Assembly: GCF_009914755.1 (NCBI RefSeq)
Contig: NC_060929.1
Strand: one strand, 5' to 3'
DNA: 64,000 nt
DNA from: the human T2T-CHM13v2.0 reference genome, Homo sapiens
In this document: in pieces, positions 1-12,679 of the stretch
How the letters are laid out: every line of letters starts with the position of its first letter
How positions within the stretch are numbered: the first letter of the stretch is position 1
Program-made: the position numbers and the translations under genes
The notes under the pieces: model-generated
Databases searched by the model: none
What the model saw: only the letters and a program-made list of their open reading frames with translations
What the model was told of the DNA's origin: nothing

Positions 1-1047
1 TTACTAAACAGAAATGCTTTCTCATTTTAGGAATGTATGTTTCATAGCAAAAGCCTAACTGGGTGGTTCGATGTTTGTTATGCTCTCCATTTGCTTCAGC
101 CATGGGGCTATTCAGCCTGTGACTCTTCCTAGATACAGTTCTTTATTAGTATTAATATCACGATAAAGGGAAATAAGCATCATTAGGGTTTGGAAGGGTC
201 CCATAAATCACACCTCTAATTCCAGGAGAGCCGATGTGCACAGTTGTGTTGTTTGTTTACTGCATGAAGGCACCCAGCCCAGGGAGCAGGAGCTCACTCC
301 CCTCCCCAAGCTGGGAGCCCTGTCTTGGGCAATGTGGTGGCATCTCTTTCTTTCTCCTACAAAGATGCCATTGCCTTGTGAAGCCAGGTGTCTACTGGGC
401 TGCGTCCACCCATGGTGGTGTGCTTGTAGGGAGTGCTTTTTAAAATTTGCACAAAGATGAATGGCCTTGGACTCATAAGTCAGGCAGTTGGAAATCAACA
501 TGTCATTGATAAACTTGATATTGGGAGCATGGCTTGGGCATGAGAACCAAATGAGCTGCTGATCTGTTACCTGCAGTCAGGCAGGCTCCCACCCCTCACT
601 GGCCCAACTGGCCTACCACAGTTCCCTCCTACCTGGGCCTGCTGATACCTCCTGCTGCATGGAGGGCACAGAGCCTGGGCTTCCTGTGTCTCGGCAGAGT
701 GGTAGAGGAAGAAGAGAGAGTGTATTGAGCACATAGGCCTGTTCTGCCCCGAGTGAATCCATTAGAGGAGGCCCTGGGGAGGGAGTGACGGTCAGGGAGG
801 AGGCAGGTGTGCCACTGTGAAGGAGTCCTTTCATGGGGAAAGGCGGTCACCTGCAGGAGTAGCCATCTTTGGTCCTTTCCACAAAATAGACACTGTGCTA
901 AGTTCTTTATAACACATGATCCTAGTCACTCCTCACCACAACCCACAGGACAGGCAGTGTCATTTCCAGTGCTGGATTAGCTACATGCAACCTCTTAGGC
1001 AACAGAGCCCCTAGCTGGGTCTGCAGATTTGTACAAGGATGCTTGTG

Positions 1048-1125
1048 TAAACACATACACACACACAGACACACACAAAGACACACACAAACATACATAT
1101 GTACATATATACACATATGCATACC
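1048..1125. repeat. Imperfect (CA)n/(TA)n microsatellite
   Basis: acacatacacacacacagacacacacaaagacacacacaaacatacatatgtacatatatacac. Confidence 0.85.
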
Positions 1126-1695
1126 TGTGCATGTAGATACAACCAAAAAACATACAGAAAACCATTTTGTGGGCAAATAATTTGAAATTTGATATGTCAA
1201 GACAACTTTAAAAGGGGTCATGGGGGAAATGAGAACTTTGTTCATCTTCCTTATATTTATTTTATGCTTTAGTATTATTTTTACTTGGGGTTGTAGATGA
1301 GGGGATACCGTACACTTTTCAGTGTCCAGGGCCTGCAAAGTTCACACTCCGGCCCTGTTGAAACCTTTTACGCAAGGAGTGGACAAGGCTGGAGGAGAGG
1401 GGTGGAGACGCTGTCCTAGAGAATTGAATTGGGTCTGTGATTCCACGCACGCTGCCCCCTGCTCACAGCATAACCCTATCTTTTACAAATCTAGTTCTGC
1501 CCAGTGGCAGATAAGCAAACTGTAGGTGACTACCAAAGGCAAAGAATGAAAATAAAAACAGCAGCAACTCTCCTCAGTGCCTCTTTCATGCTACTGGATG
1601 CTAATCCTGAGAAACAGGCACGAGACCTCACATTTGCAGATGAGGAAATGGAGGCAGTGAAATGACTCATCTAAGGTTGCACAGTGAGCTAGTGG

Positions 1696-1985
1696 ATTTT
1701 TTTTTTTTTTTTTAAGACGGACTCTTGCTTTTGTCTCCCAAGCTGGAGTGCAGTGATGCGATCTCGGCTCACTGCAGCCTCCGCCTCCCAGATTCAACTG
1801 ATTCTTGCGCCTCAGCCTCATTCGTAGCTGGGATTACCAGCATGTGCCACCACGCCTGTATTTTCAATAGAGACGGGGTTTCGCCATGTTGGCCAGGCTG
1901 GTCTCAAACACCTGGCCCTAGGTGATTCGTGCACCTCGGCCTCCCAAAGTGCTGGGATGACAGGGGTGAGCCACCGCACCTGGCC
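1696..1985 (-). mobile_element. Alu (AluS-like) inserted within a MIR (MIR parts approx. 1600-1695 and 1986-2025)
   Basis: poly-T then reverse Alu ending ...gagccaccgcacctggcc; central linker partly deleted; MIR core catttgcagatgaggaaatggaggc upstream. Confidence 0.9.
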
Positions 1986-2924
1986 CCAGTGGCTCTTTTC
2001 TGATAGCCAAGCCCACACTCTTTCCTCCACCCATGCCTGCCAAAACAATGACAAGGCCTTGGTCATTATTTTCTGTGTCCTACATTGTGAAATCCAGATG
2101 AGTATTTTTCTCTTCGTTGTATGCAGTTTCCCTGAATAGAAAGCTTGAGGGAATAAACCTCCCACACAGGCTGCCATAGTCAGAGCCTTGCCAGTACCTT
2201 TCCCTGGCCTGGTGCCCTGACCTTTACGAAGGCTACTCTGGTGGACTCAAGCCACCTTTATTCATCTCTGGGACACCTTTATCCTTTCTTTGGTTCTGGT
2301 TTTCCATTTCTAATTCAATTAGTCTTATTTTAATGTATCTTTGTAAATTAGTCACAATAACTTGCTGGAAAAAGCTGGATATATTCATTGGTAAATGGCT
2401 AATAATTTATTAATTATTTGAAAAGACAGTGTTTGGAAGTCTGCTAGAATGATTCTAGCTATCTGAGGAAATATCATATCTCCTGGTACGCAAATCATTA
2501 GGACTTCTCATGCATACACTCATGGCCATGCAGAGTTTTCAAATAGGGGATCCAAAGTCTTCTTGGGGTGCCTTGAGTGGCAGAAGGTAATGGAGCTGGA
2601 GGGGGTCTGAGAGCAGGTCTGGTGTTGTCTGCCTTCAGATGGGGTGTATGGTCTGTGATTCTGATTGAAAAAAAATGATTCCTCTAAAAATATAAAAGGT
2701 GTGAAAACCACAATGTTAGTCAAAAATTAGTCAAAACTGTGTAGTAGAAAGAATATGGGTGTACCCGTGAAACCTTCTTACAGAAAACTACTTCAAAACC
2801 AAAATCCAGCCAACTGAGAGGTGAATCACAATACAAGAATATTGGATTAAAAATCTGTGATAAAAGGAAATAGTGGCTAATATTGGGTCCAAATGAATCG
2901 ATTTATAAAAATTGATATTAAAAA

Positions 2925-3246
2925 CAGTAGGAATTTCTTGTAGAAGGGACAAACATAAAAAAGCAGTGTGATTTTTTTCCTCCAACCACTTCCTTCAGTC
3001 ATATTTGGTTGACATCTTTCCTGAGATTTGGTGGCATCAGAAGACTTTATTTAATCTTATATCCATGTGCTGCTCACCCACTTCTTCCCTTTCACCCATT
3101 CAAACAAGACCTGGGGAAGGAGTGAGTTTGGGATGTTTTCTTTCCTATTCTTTGTCTTCTCTACTGAAATAAGCCTAATGATTGGCCAGTCCACTGTACA
3201 AATAGTCATGTAGTTGAGGAATGAAATGCCAGATGCCCCTGACATC
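2925..3246 (+). repeat. Copy 1 of a ~320-bp local direct duplication
   Basis: Colinear with 5174-5496 from cagtaggaatt...tagaagggacaaaca to ...atgccagatgcccctgacatc. Confidence 0.92.
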
Positions 3247-3600
3247 ATGATTTTTATGGCTACCATAAAGAATGTTATTGTTGGGAACCTAGACAATATT
3301 TTAAAAAATCTAATAAAGTTGAGACTTGGGAGGAGAATGGAAGATAATAGCTAACTCAATGACATCACTTTCACAACAAAGTCAATGAATATTAATTGGA
3401 AATAAAACATGGAATTAAAAAAAATAACCACGTCTATCTTTGAATGCTTTTCATAACAATTTTCATTTTAGAGAAGTTTTCAGGAAATCTTTTTAGTGAT
3501 AAAGAAACATTGAATCAAAGTTCAAATGTCCCTCAATTTCACTTGGTTTCTTTTTCTTCTGCTAAATACAAATAAGATTAAATAAAATTTTTATTTATAT

Positions 3601-3877
3601 CCCAGCACTTTGGGAGGCAGAGGCGGGTGGATCATGAGGTCAGGAGATCGAGACCCTCCTGGCTAACATGGTGAAACCCCATCTCTACTAAAAATACAAA
3701 AAATTAGCCGGGCGTGGTGGCAGGTGCCTGTAGTCCCAGCTACTCAGGAGGCTGAGGCAGGAGAATTGCGTGAACCTGGGAGGCGGAGCTTGCAGTAAGC
3801 CAAGATCGCACCACTGCACTCCAGCCTGGGAGACAGAGCAAGCCTCCGTCTCAAAAAAAAAAAAAAAAAAAAAAAAA
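3601..3877 (+). mobile_element. AluY-like, 5'-truncated, ~25-nt poly-A tail
   Basis: Y-type motifs ggagatcgagacc..ctggctaac and gcggagcttgcag; flanked by tatttatat on both sides (likely TSD). Confidence 0.9.
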
Positions 3878-4140
3878 TGTATTTATATAGTATCTTCACC
3901 ATATGCTCATTTTTATGAGAGTATTTTAAAAACCATATTTTATCTTTTTATCTCTCTGTCATTCTATGTATATAAATATAAACGAAGAGTTGACTGGAAT
4001 GATATTAATAGTGTTTTTCTGTGTAATGGGATTCAGGATAATTCTTTAAGCTTATATGTTTGTACTTTTCTGTTTAGTTTAAATTCTTTATAATAGCATA
4101 TATTAGTTTTAAACAAACAAAAAAAAATACAGTCTTTAAG

Positions 4141-4260
4141 TTGGGCATGATGGTGTGTACCTATAGTCCTAGCTACCTGGGAGGCTGAGGCAGGAGGATC
4201 CCTTGAGCCCAGGAGTTTAAGACTAACAAGACTCCATCTCTGAAAAATAAGGCAAAAAAA
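4141..4260 (+). mobile_element. Alu monomer/FLAM-like fragment
   Basis: gtcctagctacctgggaggctgaggcaggaggatcccttgagcccaggag. Confidence 0.8.
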
Positions 4261-4355
4261 GTATGAAGAATAAAATAACAATCACTTACATTCCAACCAC
4301 CTATAATTAATCATTGCCAACACCTGAGGATATTTGCTTCCAATCTACAAGACTG

Positions 4356-4356
<1 letters not shown>

Positions 4357-4397
<41 letters not shown>

Positions 4398-4520
4398 CAT
4401 TATTGAGATGGGGGTTTCTCTTTGTTGCCCAGTCTGGTCTCCAACTCCAGGGCCCAAGCAGTCCTCCTGCCTCAGCCTTCCAAGTACCTGGGATTACAGA
4501 TGCATGCCACCTTGCCGGGC
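4357..4520 (-). mobile_element. FLAM/Alu monomer with (TTA)n tail microsatellite (4357-4397)
   Basis: (tta)n followed by gagatggggtttctctttgttgcccag...gggattacag. Confidence 0.8.
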
Positions 4521-5173
4521 TTTCAATAGTTTTAAAATCTTCCCCACCACCCCCAATAAAGAAGTGAAAAGAGCACTGGCTTTTGAATTAGAAAGTTATT
4601 CCCTGCTTCTGCTACCCACTAGTGGAGTCATCTTGGGTATGTAAGCTTTAGGTTTCTCATCTGTTAAGTGGGTTGTTTTCACCTTGCTCCTGAGCTTCTT
4701 ATGGGGATAAAATGAGAAAAAGTAAAGAAGCTGTCTACCACCAGCCTGGCTCATAGAAGGTTCTCTGTGTTTGTTAATTCCATCCTCTCCCCTATTATGT
4801 AGTGCTGTACTGAAACTGGCAGATGTATATTTTTACAACATGGCCCAGAAGCTGAATCTTTTCCTGGAATGGGTGAGACTAGCCGTTCCTTGCCTATGTA
4901 CTAAATTTACTCAGCTGAATGAAGAGGGAAAACAGGACCCTAAACTGGAAGCTTAAACAAGGGTGAATTTCACTTTTTATTATAAGGATAATATATTGTT
5001 ATGATAAAAACTCACATAGTTCAAGATGGTACTCATGCTAGGCCATGCTAAGCCTTAGACATCAAATGCTGACTTCATTGCCCATATTATATCTCTCATG
5101 CTGCCTCTTTTATCCAGAGGCAGCATAAACATTCTGTGTTTTAGATGTGGAAAACACAGGTAAGTGTATTGAG

Positions 5174-5496
5174 CAGTAGGAATTCATCATAGAAGGGACA
5201 AACACAAAAAAAAGCAGTGTTATTTTATTTCCCCCCAGTCACTTCCTCCAGTCATATTTGATTGACATCTTTCCTGATATTTGATGACATCAGAAGACTT
5301 CAATCTCATATATTGTGCAGCTCACCTACTTCTTCTGTTTCCCCAGTTTGAACAAGACCTGGGGAAGGAGGGAGTTTGGGGTGCTTTCTTTCCAGTTCTT
5401 TGTCTTCTCTACTGAAATAAGCCCTCTATGATCAGCTTGTCCATTGTAGAAATAGCCAGGTAGCTGGGGAATGAGATGCCAGATGCCCCTGACATC
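5174..5496 (+). repeat. Copy 2 of the ~320-bp local direct duplication
   Basis: Colinear with 2925-3246. Confidence 0.92.
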
Positions 5497-5592
5497 TTTG
5501 TGTGAAGCTCCTGGAATGCACTCATACTGTGTTTGGATGTAGTTTTGGGGTGGAGGAACTGTATCATGCCCTCCTAAGGCAACAACTTCCTA

Positions 5593-5841
<249 letters not shown>

Positions 5842-6679
5842 CTATTCTGAGACCTTCTGTTCTCATTTGAAAATATTGGAGTGCTTTCTAAGTGAACACA
5901 TATCTATTACCACATTGTTGGTTTGGCTGCAAAAGCTTGGCACAAGGAGATTTTGAATGTACCCCTCACTGAGGAGGGCACACCAAGAGCCATAGGCAGT
6001 GGCTTCCATGCTAATAACTCCTTTGAGGGTGATCTTGACCTATCCAAATTCTTTGCTTTTAATATAAGTGAGGACATTATAAGCACTTAACATGGAATCT
6101 TTTTAAAGCACCACCTTGCAAGGTGATAGTCTTTTGTTCAGGTCTGCTGTAGTGACAGGTCACTTTGAAAAGGACTCCATTTTCTTCAGTAAGGCTGCTC
6201 CATTATCAGCAGTGTGTATGTGAAGTTTTCCTCCCTTCTGAGTGAGGATGAGGCTCAGACGTCAGTAAACTTCCATTATGTTTCATTTGCGGCATGTCTA
6301 TTTGCTTTGTTGTGATGGAAATATGTTGAAATGACTTTAGTGCAAAAAAAAATGATATTATAAATCCATAGGTCCTGAAAATAAAATAGAAAATATGCCC
6401 AACTTTCTCTGCATTATTATTATTTTAATTGATTTTTTTAGAAGAATGGTATCTACTAACTCTTTTGGACACTGGACAAACTCTCTGAGTTTTTAATCCA
6501 ATTTAAGCCTGATAAGACACTATTATTATTCCCATGAGATGTGAGGCACTATTATTCTCATTTTATAGATGAGGGGACTGAGGCTCAGAAGAAAGTATTA
6601 ACAGGTCCATGATTGCACAGTTAAGTAGCAGATCTCCAACAAATTCAGACTTTCATTGCAGAGCTCATACTCTTTAAAA

Positions 6680-7825
6680 ATTTTTTTAATTGTATATGTT
6701 TAAGGTATACAACATGATGTTATGAGATACATAATAGGTAGTAAGGTAGTAAGATAGTTACGATAGTGAAACAAATGACCATATCCATCATCTCACATAG
6801 TTACCCTTCTTTTTTGTTTTTGTTTTGGTGGCATCAGCAGCTAAAATCTAATCATTTAGCAGAAAGCTCAAATACAGTACAATTTTATTGACTATAGATC
6901 CCTTGTTGTACATTAGATCTCTAGACTTGTTCTTCCTACATATCTGTTACCCTGTAACCTCTAACCTACGTTTCCCCATTTCATTCCTCCCATCCCCTAC
7001 CCTCCCTGGTAACCCCTGTTTCATTCTCTATGTCTGTATATTTGACTCTTTTTTTTGTTCCATATATAAGTGAAATAATGCAATACTTTCTGTGTCTGTC
7101 ATATTTCACTTAGCATAATGTCTTCCAGGTTCATCCATGCTGTGACAAATGGCAAGATCTCCTCCTTTTTAAAGGGTGAATAATATTCCATTGTATATGT
7201 ATATTACAGTTTCTTTATCTACTCATCCACTGGTGAGAGCACTTGGGTTGTTTCCGTATCTTGGCTATTGTGAATAATGCTGTAACGAATATGAGAGTAT
7301 AGACATATTTGCAAGACAGTTATTTCATTTTCTTTGGATATATGCCTTGAAGAGGAATTGCTGGATCATATGCTAGTTCTATTTTTAATTTCTTTAGGAA
7401 CTTCCATACCTTTTTCAACAATGACTACCAATCTACATTCTCACCAACAGTGTAGAAGAGTTCCCCTTTTTCCACACCCTCGCCAACATTTGTTATCTCT
7501 TGACTTTTTGATAATAGCCATTTTCACAGGCATGAGGTGATATCTCATTGTGGTTTGATTTTCATTTTTCTAACAACTAATGATGTCAAACACCTTTCCA
7601 TGTATCTGTTGGCCATTTGCATGTCTTCCTTGGAGAAATGTCTATTCAGTTTCTTTGCCTATTTTGTAATCAAGTTATTTATTTTTATACTATTGAGTTA
7701 TATGAGTTCTTTATAAAATTTTTGATATTAACCCCTTATCAGATGTATAGTTTGCAATTTTTTCCCTAATTCACAGGTTTTTGTTTCATTTTGTTGTTTT
7801 CTTTGGTATGCAGAAAGTTTTTAGT
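6680..7825 (-). mobile_element. L1 (L1MA-like) 3' fragment, antisense, inserted into the end of a MIR (approx. 6520-6675)
   Basis: L1 3'UTR/ORF2-end motifs (atttcacttagcataatgtcttccaggttcatccatg; cattctcaccaacagtgtagaagagttccc); tca(t/c)actctt on both sides. Confidence 0.88.
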
Positions 7826-7850
7826 AGTCAGGATTCACACTCTTAACCAG

Positions 7851-10205
7851 TGTATTAGTCTGTTTTCACACTGCTGTAAAGAACTACCTGAGACTGGGTA
7901 ATTTATGAAGAAAAGAGGTTTAATTGACTCACAGTTCTGCATGGCTGGAGAGGCCTCAGGAAACTTAAAATCATGGTGGAAGATGAAGGGGAAGCAAGGC
8001 ATGTTTTACATGGCAGCAGGAGAGAGAGAGAACAAGAAGGGAAGTGCCATACGTTTAAACCATCAGATCTCGTGAGAACTCACTTACTATCACAAGAACA
8101 GAATGGGGGAAACCGTCCCTATGATCCAGTCACTTCCCACCAGGTCCCTCCCCTGACACATGGGGATTACAATTTGAGATGAGATGTGGGTGGGGACACA
8201 GAGCCAAATCACATCATTCCTCCCCTGGCCCTTCCCAAATCTCATGTCCTTCTTACATTGCAAAATCAGTCATGCCTTCCCAACAGTCCCCCAAAGTCTT
8301 AACTCACTCCAGCATTAACTCAAAAGGCCAAGTCCAAAGTCTCATCTGAGACAAGGCAAGTTCCTTCCACATATGAGCCTGTAAAATCAAAACAACAAGT
8401 CAGTTACTTCCAAGATACAATGGGGGTACAAGCATTGGGTAAATTCTCTCATTCTGAAAAGGAGAAATTAGCCAAAACAAAGGGGCTACAGGCCTCATGC
8501 AAGTCCAAAACCCAGCTGGGCAGCCATTGAATCATAAAGCTCTAAAATCTCCTTTGATTCCATGTCTCACATCTATGCAAGGCCACATTGATGCAAGGGA
8601 TGGGTCCCCAAGGCCTTGGGCAGCTCTCCCTCTGTGGCATTGCAGGGTACAGACCCCACAGCTTCTTTCACAAGCTGGTATTGAGTACCTGCAGGTTTTC
8701 TAGGCACACAGTGCAAGCTGTTGGTGGATCTACAATTCTGGGGTCTGGAGGATGGTGACCCTCTTCTCACAGCTCCACTAGGCAGTGCCTCACGGGGGAC
8801 TCTGTGTGGGGGCTCCAACCCCACATTTCCCTGCTGCACTGCCCTAGTAGAGGTTATCCATGAAGATTCTGCCCCTGCAGAAGACTTCTGCCTGGACATC
8901 CAGGCATTTCCATACATCCTCTGAAATCTAAGCAGAGATTCCCAAAGCTCAACTCTTGTCTCCCGTGCACCTGCAGGCCTAACACCACATGAAAGCCACC
9001 AAATCTTGGGGCCTGAACCCTCTGAAACAACAGTTTGAGCTGTACCTTGGCCCCTTTTAGCCATAGCTGGAGGTGGAGTGGCTGGCATACAGGGTGCCAA
9101 GTCCTGAGGCTGCACAGCAACAGGGCCCTGGGCCCAGCCCACAAAACCATATTTCCTTCCTAGGCCTCTGGGCCTGTGATTGGAGGGGCTGATGTGAAGA
9201 TCTCTGAAATGCCCTGGAGACATTTTCCCTACTATCTTGGCTGTTAACATTCAGCTCCTTGTTACTTATATAAATTTCTGCAGCTCGTTTGAATTTCTCC
9301 ACAGAAAATGGGTTTTTCTTTTCTACCACATGGTCAGGCTGAAAATTTTCCAAACTTTTACTCTCTGCTTCCCTTTTAAACATAATTTCCAATTTCAGAC
9401 CATCTCTTTGTGAATGCATATGACTATATACTTTTAGAAACAGCCAGGTCAAATCTTGAATGCTATGCTGCTTAGAAATTTATTCTGCCAGATACCCTAA
9501 ATCATCTCTCTTAAGTTCAGATTTTTACAGATCTCTAGGGCAGGGGAAAAGTGCTGCCAGCCAGTCTTTTGCCAAAGCATAGCTAGAGTGACCTTTGCTC
9601 CAGTTCCTAAGAAGTTCCTCATTTCCATCTGAGAGCACCTCATCCTGGATTTCATTGTCCATATCACTATCAGTATTTTGGTCAAAACCATTCAACAAGT
9701 CTCTAGCAAGTTCCAAACTTTCCCACATCTTTCTATCTTTTTCTGAGCCCTTTAAACTGTTCCAACCTCTGCCCAGTTCCAAAACTGATTCCAGATTTTC
9801 AGGCATCTTATAGCAGTCCCCGACTTCTCTCAGTACCAAGTTTCTGTATTATTCTGTTTTCACACTGTTATAAAGAACTACCCGAGACTGGGTAATTTAT
9901 GAAGAAAAGAGGTTTAATTGACTTGCAGTTCTGCATGGCTAAAGAGGCCGCAGAAAACTTACAATCATGGTGGAAGGTGAAGGGGGAAGCAGGCACATCT
10001 TACATGGCAGCAGGAGAGAGAGACAGCAAGGGGAAAGTGCCACATTTTTAAACCATCAGATCTCATGAGAACTCGTTATCACCAGAACAGCATGAGGGAA
10101 ATCACCCCTATGATCCAATCACCTCCGACCAGGTCCCTCCTCTGACATAAGGGGATTAAAATTTGGTATGAGATTTGGGTGGGGACACAAAGCCAAATCA
10201 TATCA
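7851..10205 (-). mobile_element. Full-length ERVL-MaLR provirus (THE1, probably THE1D/C-like): LTR 7851-8216, internal 8217-9844, LTR 9845-10205
   Basis: Two ~360-bp direct LTRs with TG...CA ends, ~1.63-kb internal region, perfect 5-bp TSD ACCAG (7846-7850 and 10206-10210). Confidence 0.92.
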
Positions 10206-10306
10206 ACCAGTGATAGGTACAAGCTTCCATCTGATCTCAATCTTATTATATATTTCAACACACAAGAAAGAAAAAGCACTCTTAAGCACTCATCACTCAT
10301 ATAAAT

Positions 10307-10786
10307 ATCAGCATATTTATATATGTTTATATATAAATATCAGCATATCTATATATGTTTATATATAAGTATCAGCATATCTATATATGTTTATATATAA
10401 GTATCAGCATATCTATATATGTTTATATATAAGTATCAGCATATCTATATATGTTTATATATAAGTATCAGCATATCTATATATGTTTATATATAAGTAT
10501 CAGCATATCTATATATGTTTATATATAAGTATCAGCATATCTATATATGTTTATATATAAGTATCAGCATATCTATATATGTTTATATATAAGTATCAGC
10601 ATATCTATATATGTTTATATATAAGTATCAGCATATCTATATATGTTTATATATAAGTATCAGCATATCTATATATGTTTATATATAAGTATCAGCATAT
10701 CTATATATGTTTATATATAAGTATCAGCATATCTATATATGTTTATATATAAGTATCAGCATATTTATATATGTTTATATATAAAT
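10307..10786. repeat. 32-bp minisatellite/VNTR, 15 copies (ATCAGCATATCTATATATGTTTATATATAAGT)
   Basis: ATCAGC recurs every 32 nt from 10307 to 10755. Confidence 0.97.
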
Positions 10787-11394
10787 ATGGTAGTGGGAGA
10801 ACTTATATATGTGTGTGTATATTTATATGTATATACACATGTTTATATGTATATACACACACATATGTATGTGCTTGCTTCAGACATTTGTTTTTAAGAA
10901 ATAAAAATTTCTAGTGCAATTGAAATCCCTTTTTACCCCTCCTCTATTCTTTTTTCTTTTGTCCATATGTAGGTAACACTTATCCTGAAATCAGTATGTT
11001 TTTTTCCCATCCAACTTTTTGTACCTTTGCCAGATGCATACACTTTTTAACTTTGTCTAAAAAAATAGTGTTTGTAGCACTCCTCTGGGGCTAGGTGTTA
11101 TTTCCCTCACTTTACAGATAGAAACACTGAGGCTTAAGTGACATGACCAAAGGCCATGTGGCTTGGAAATGGCATAGGGAGGACTGGATCTCTAGACCTT
11201 GGATTCTTTTTTGATGTTGTGGGATATTTTAAATCTCCTGCCTCCCTTGACTCTTAGAGGATTTGAGACTCTAGATGTATTTGATATTGGTATTTGAGAT
11301 GTGAAAAGGGAGGATTATTTGAATAATTGGCACTTTATAATTTTCCAAAAGAATTGTAAAAATTTTTCCTTTTCTCATCTTCCTCCAGAATGCA

Positions 11395-11742
11395 TGTCTA
11401 GTCAGTCCAGGCTACTGTGTATCATAAACTGCTTAAATAAGAGGAATTTATTCCTCATACTTATGGAGACTGGAAAGTTGAAGATCTAGGCACCAGCAGA
11501 TCTGGTTTCTGGTGGGGGCCGCTTCTTGGTTTGTAGATGGCTGTGTTCTTGTCATAGCCTCTCACATGGCAGAGAGCAAAGAGAGAGGGAGCAAACTCTC
11601 CTGTAAGGGCACTAATCCCATTCATAAAGGCTCCATTCTCATGACCTAATTACCTCCCAAGGACCCCACCTCCTAATGCCATCACATCAGGTGTCAGAAT
11701 TGCAACATACGAATTTTGGGAGGACACATTCAGTCCATAGCA
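11395..11742 (-). mobile_element. MLT1A-like MaLR solo LTR
   Basis: ggagactggaaagttgaagatc...cacatggcagagag...atgacctaattacctcccaagg...cagtccatagca. Confidence 0.8.
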
Positions 11743-12679
11743 ATGCACACTGTGAATTTTATGTTAAAGAAAGTGGTTATCTCATGGAAACGGTTAGCAA
11801 AAAAGCCCTTGTTATTGTTGAATTCAAAAGAGTGTTGAACTCAGGAGCGGGTTCTGGGACATGGTAAATGCCATGTTACACTGAGCCTGCTTTTGATCAT
11901 GGTGTCCACTGTCCAGGAATTTTTCTCTTTTGTACCAACCGTTGTTATCTGCCCAGTCATGTTTTGGAGCATAGATAGATATAGCTGATTGGTGACCATA
12001 TTAGGGAACCAACATCAGTGGTCAGAGATAAATGACCTGGCAGAAGTAAAAATGCTAGAAAAAAGTCATAAGGATAGTCCGGATGCAGTTGATGCACTAG
12101 GCATGGGTTTGGATTCTGGTTTGGCTGCTTTTCTGCTAAAGAATGTGTTGGAATTTCTTCCCCACCTGTTTGATCTCAGTGTCACCATCCAGCAAGTGGA
12201 GATAAAGCCTTCTTGCAATGAATCCCTGGGGATTTATCCCTGGAAGCATGTAGCCCAGTGCAATATACATAGTTGGTGCACAATTAATATTGATTGAACT
12301 TGAACCTGGGAGCCAGAATAAGAATATTGGGTGTAAGTGTCAGCAGAATCCTGTCGTCAGGAGTGAGGTGCAACTCTGAGAATTAGGAAACCTATAAGAC
12401 GTACACACATAACCGAGTTTTGAGGGTCAGAGCAGGCAAACTCCTTGGATCCAGGAAGACAAGTTACCTTAATGGAGTCCCTGTCACAGAGATGCAGATG
12501 TGGACATGAGCTTTGTGTAGGGACCATCTATTGGTCCCTCGATTGTTTTTCTGTTTTTTGGTGGATTTTAGTGACCTTAGCCATCATGTGGGTTCAAGTC
12601 ACTGCTACCAGATGACCCTATCTCTATTTGCACTCTAACCCCATCACATGGGAGACAATGTGGCCAACCAGCTTTAAGG

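Noticed and set aside
8573-9839. Longest ORFs in the track (225, 131 and 104 aa, minus strand) as a new gene
   Set aside because: They lie wholly in the MaLR internal region, overlap in shifted frames and look like a decayed retroelement ORF
10307-10786. 32-bp periodic array resembling a CRISPR repeat length
   Set aside because: Units are head-to-tail with no unique spacers, there are no cas genes, and the context is a primate intron; it is a minisatellite
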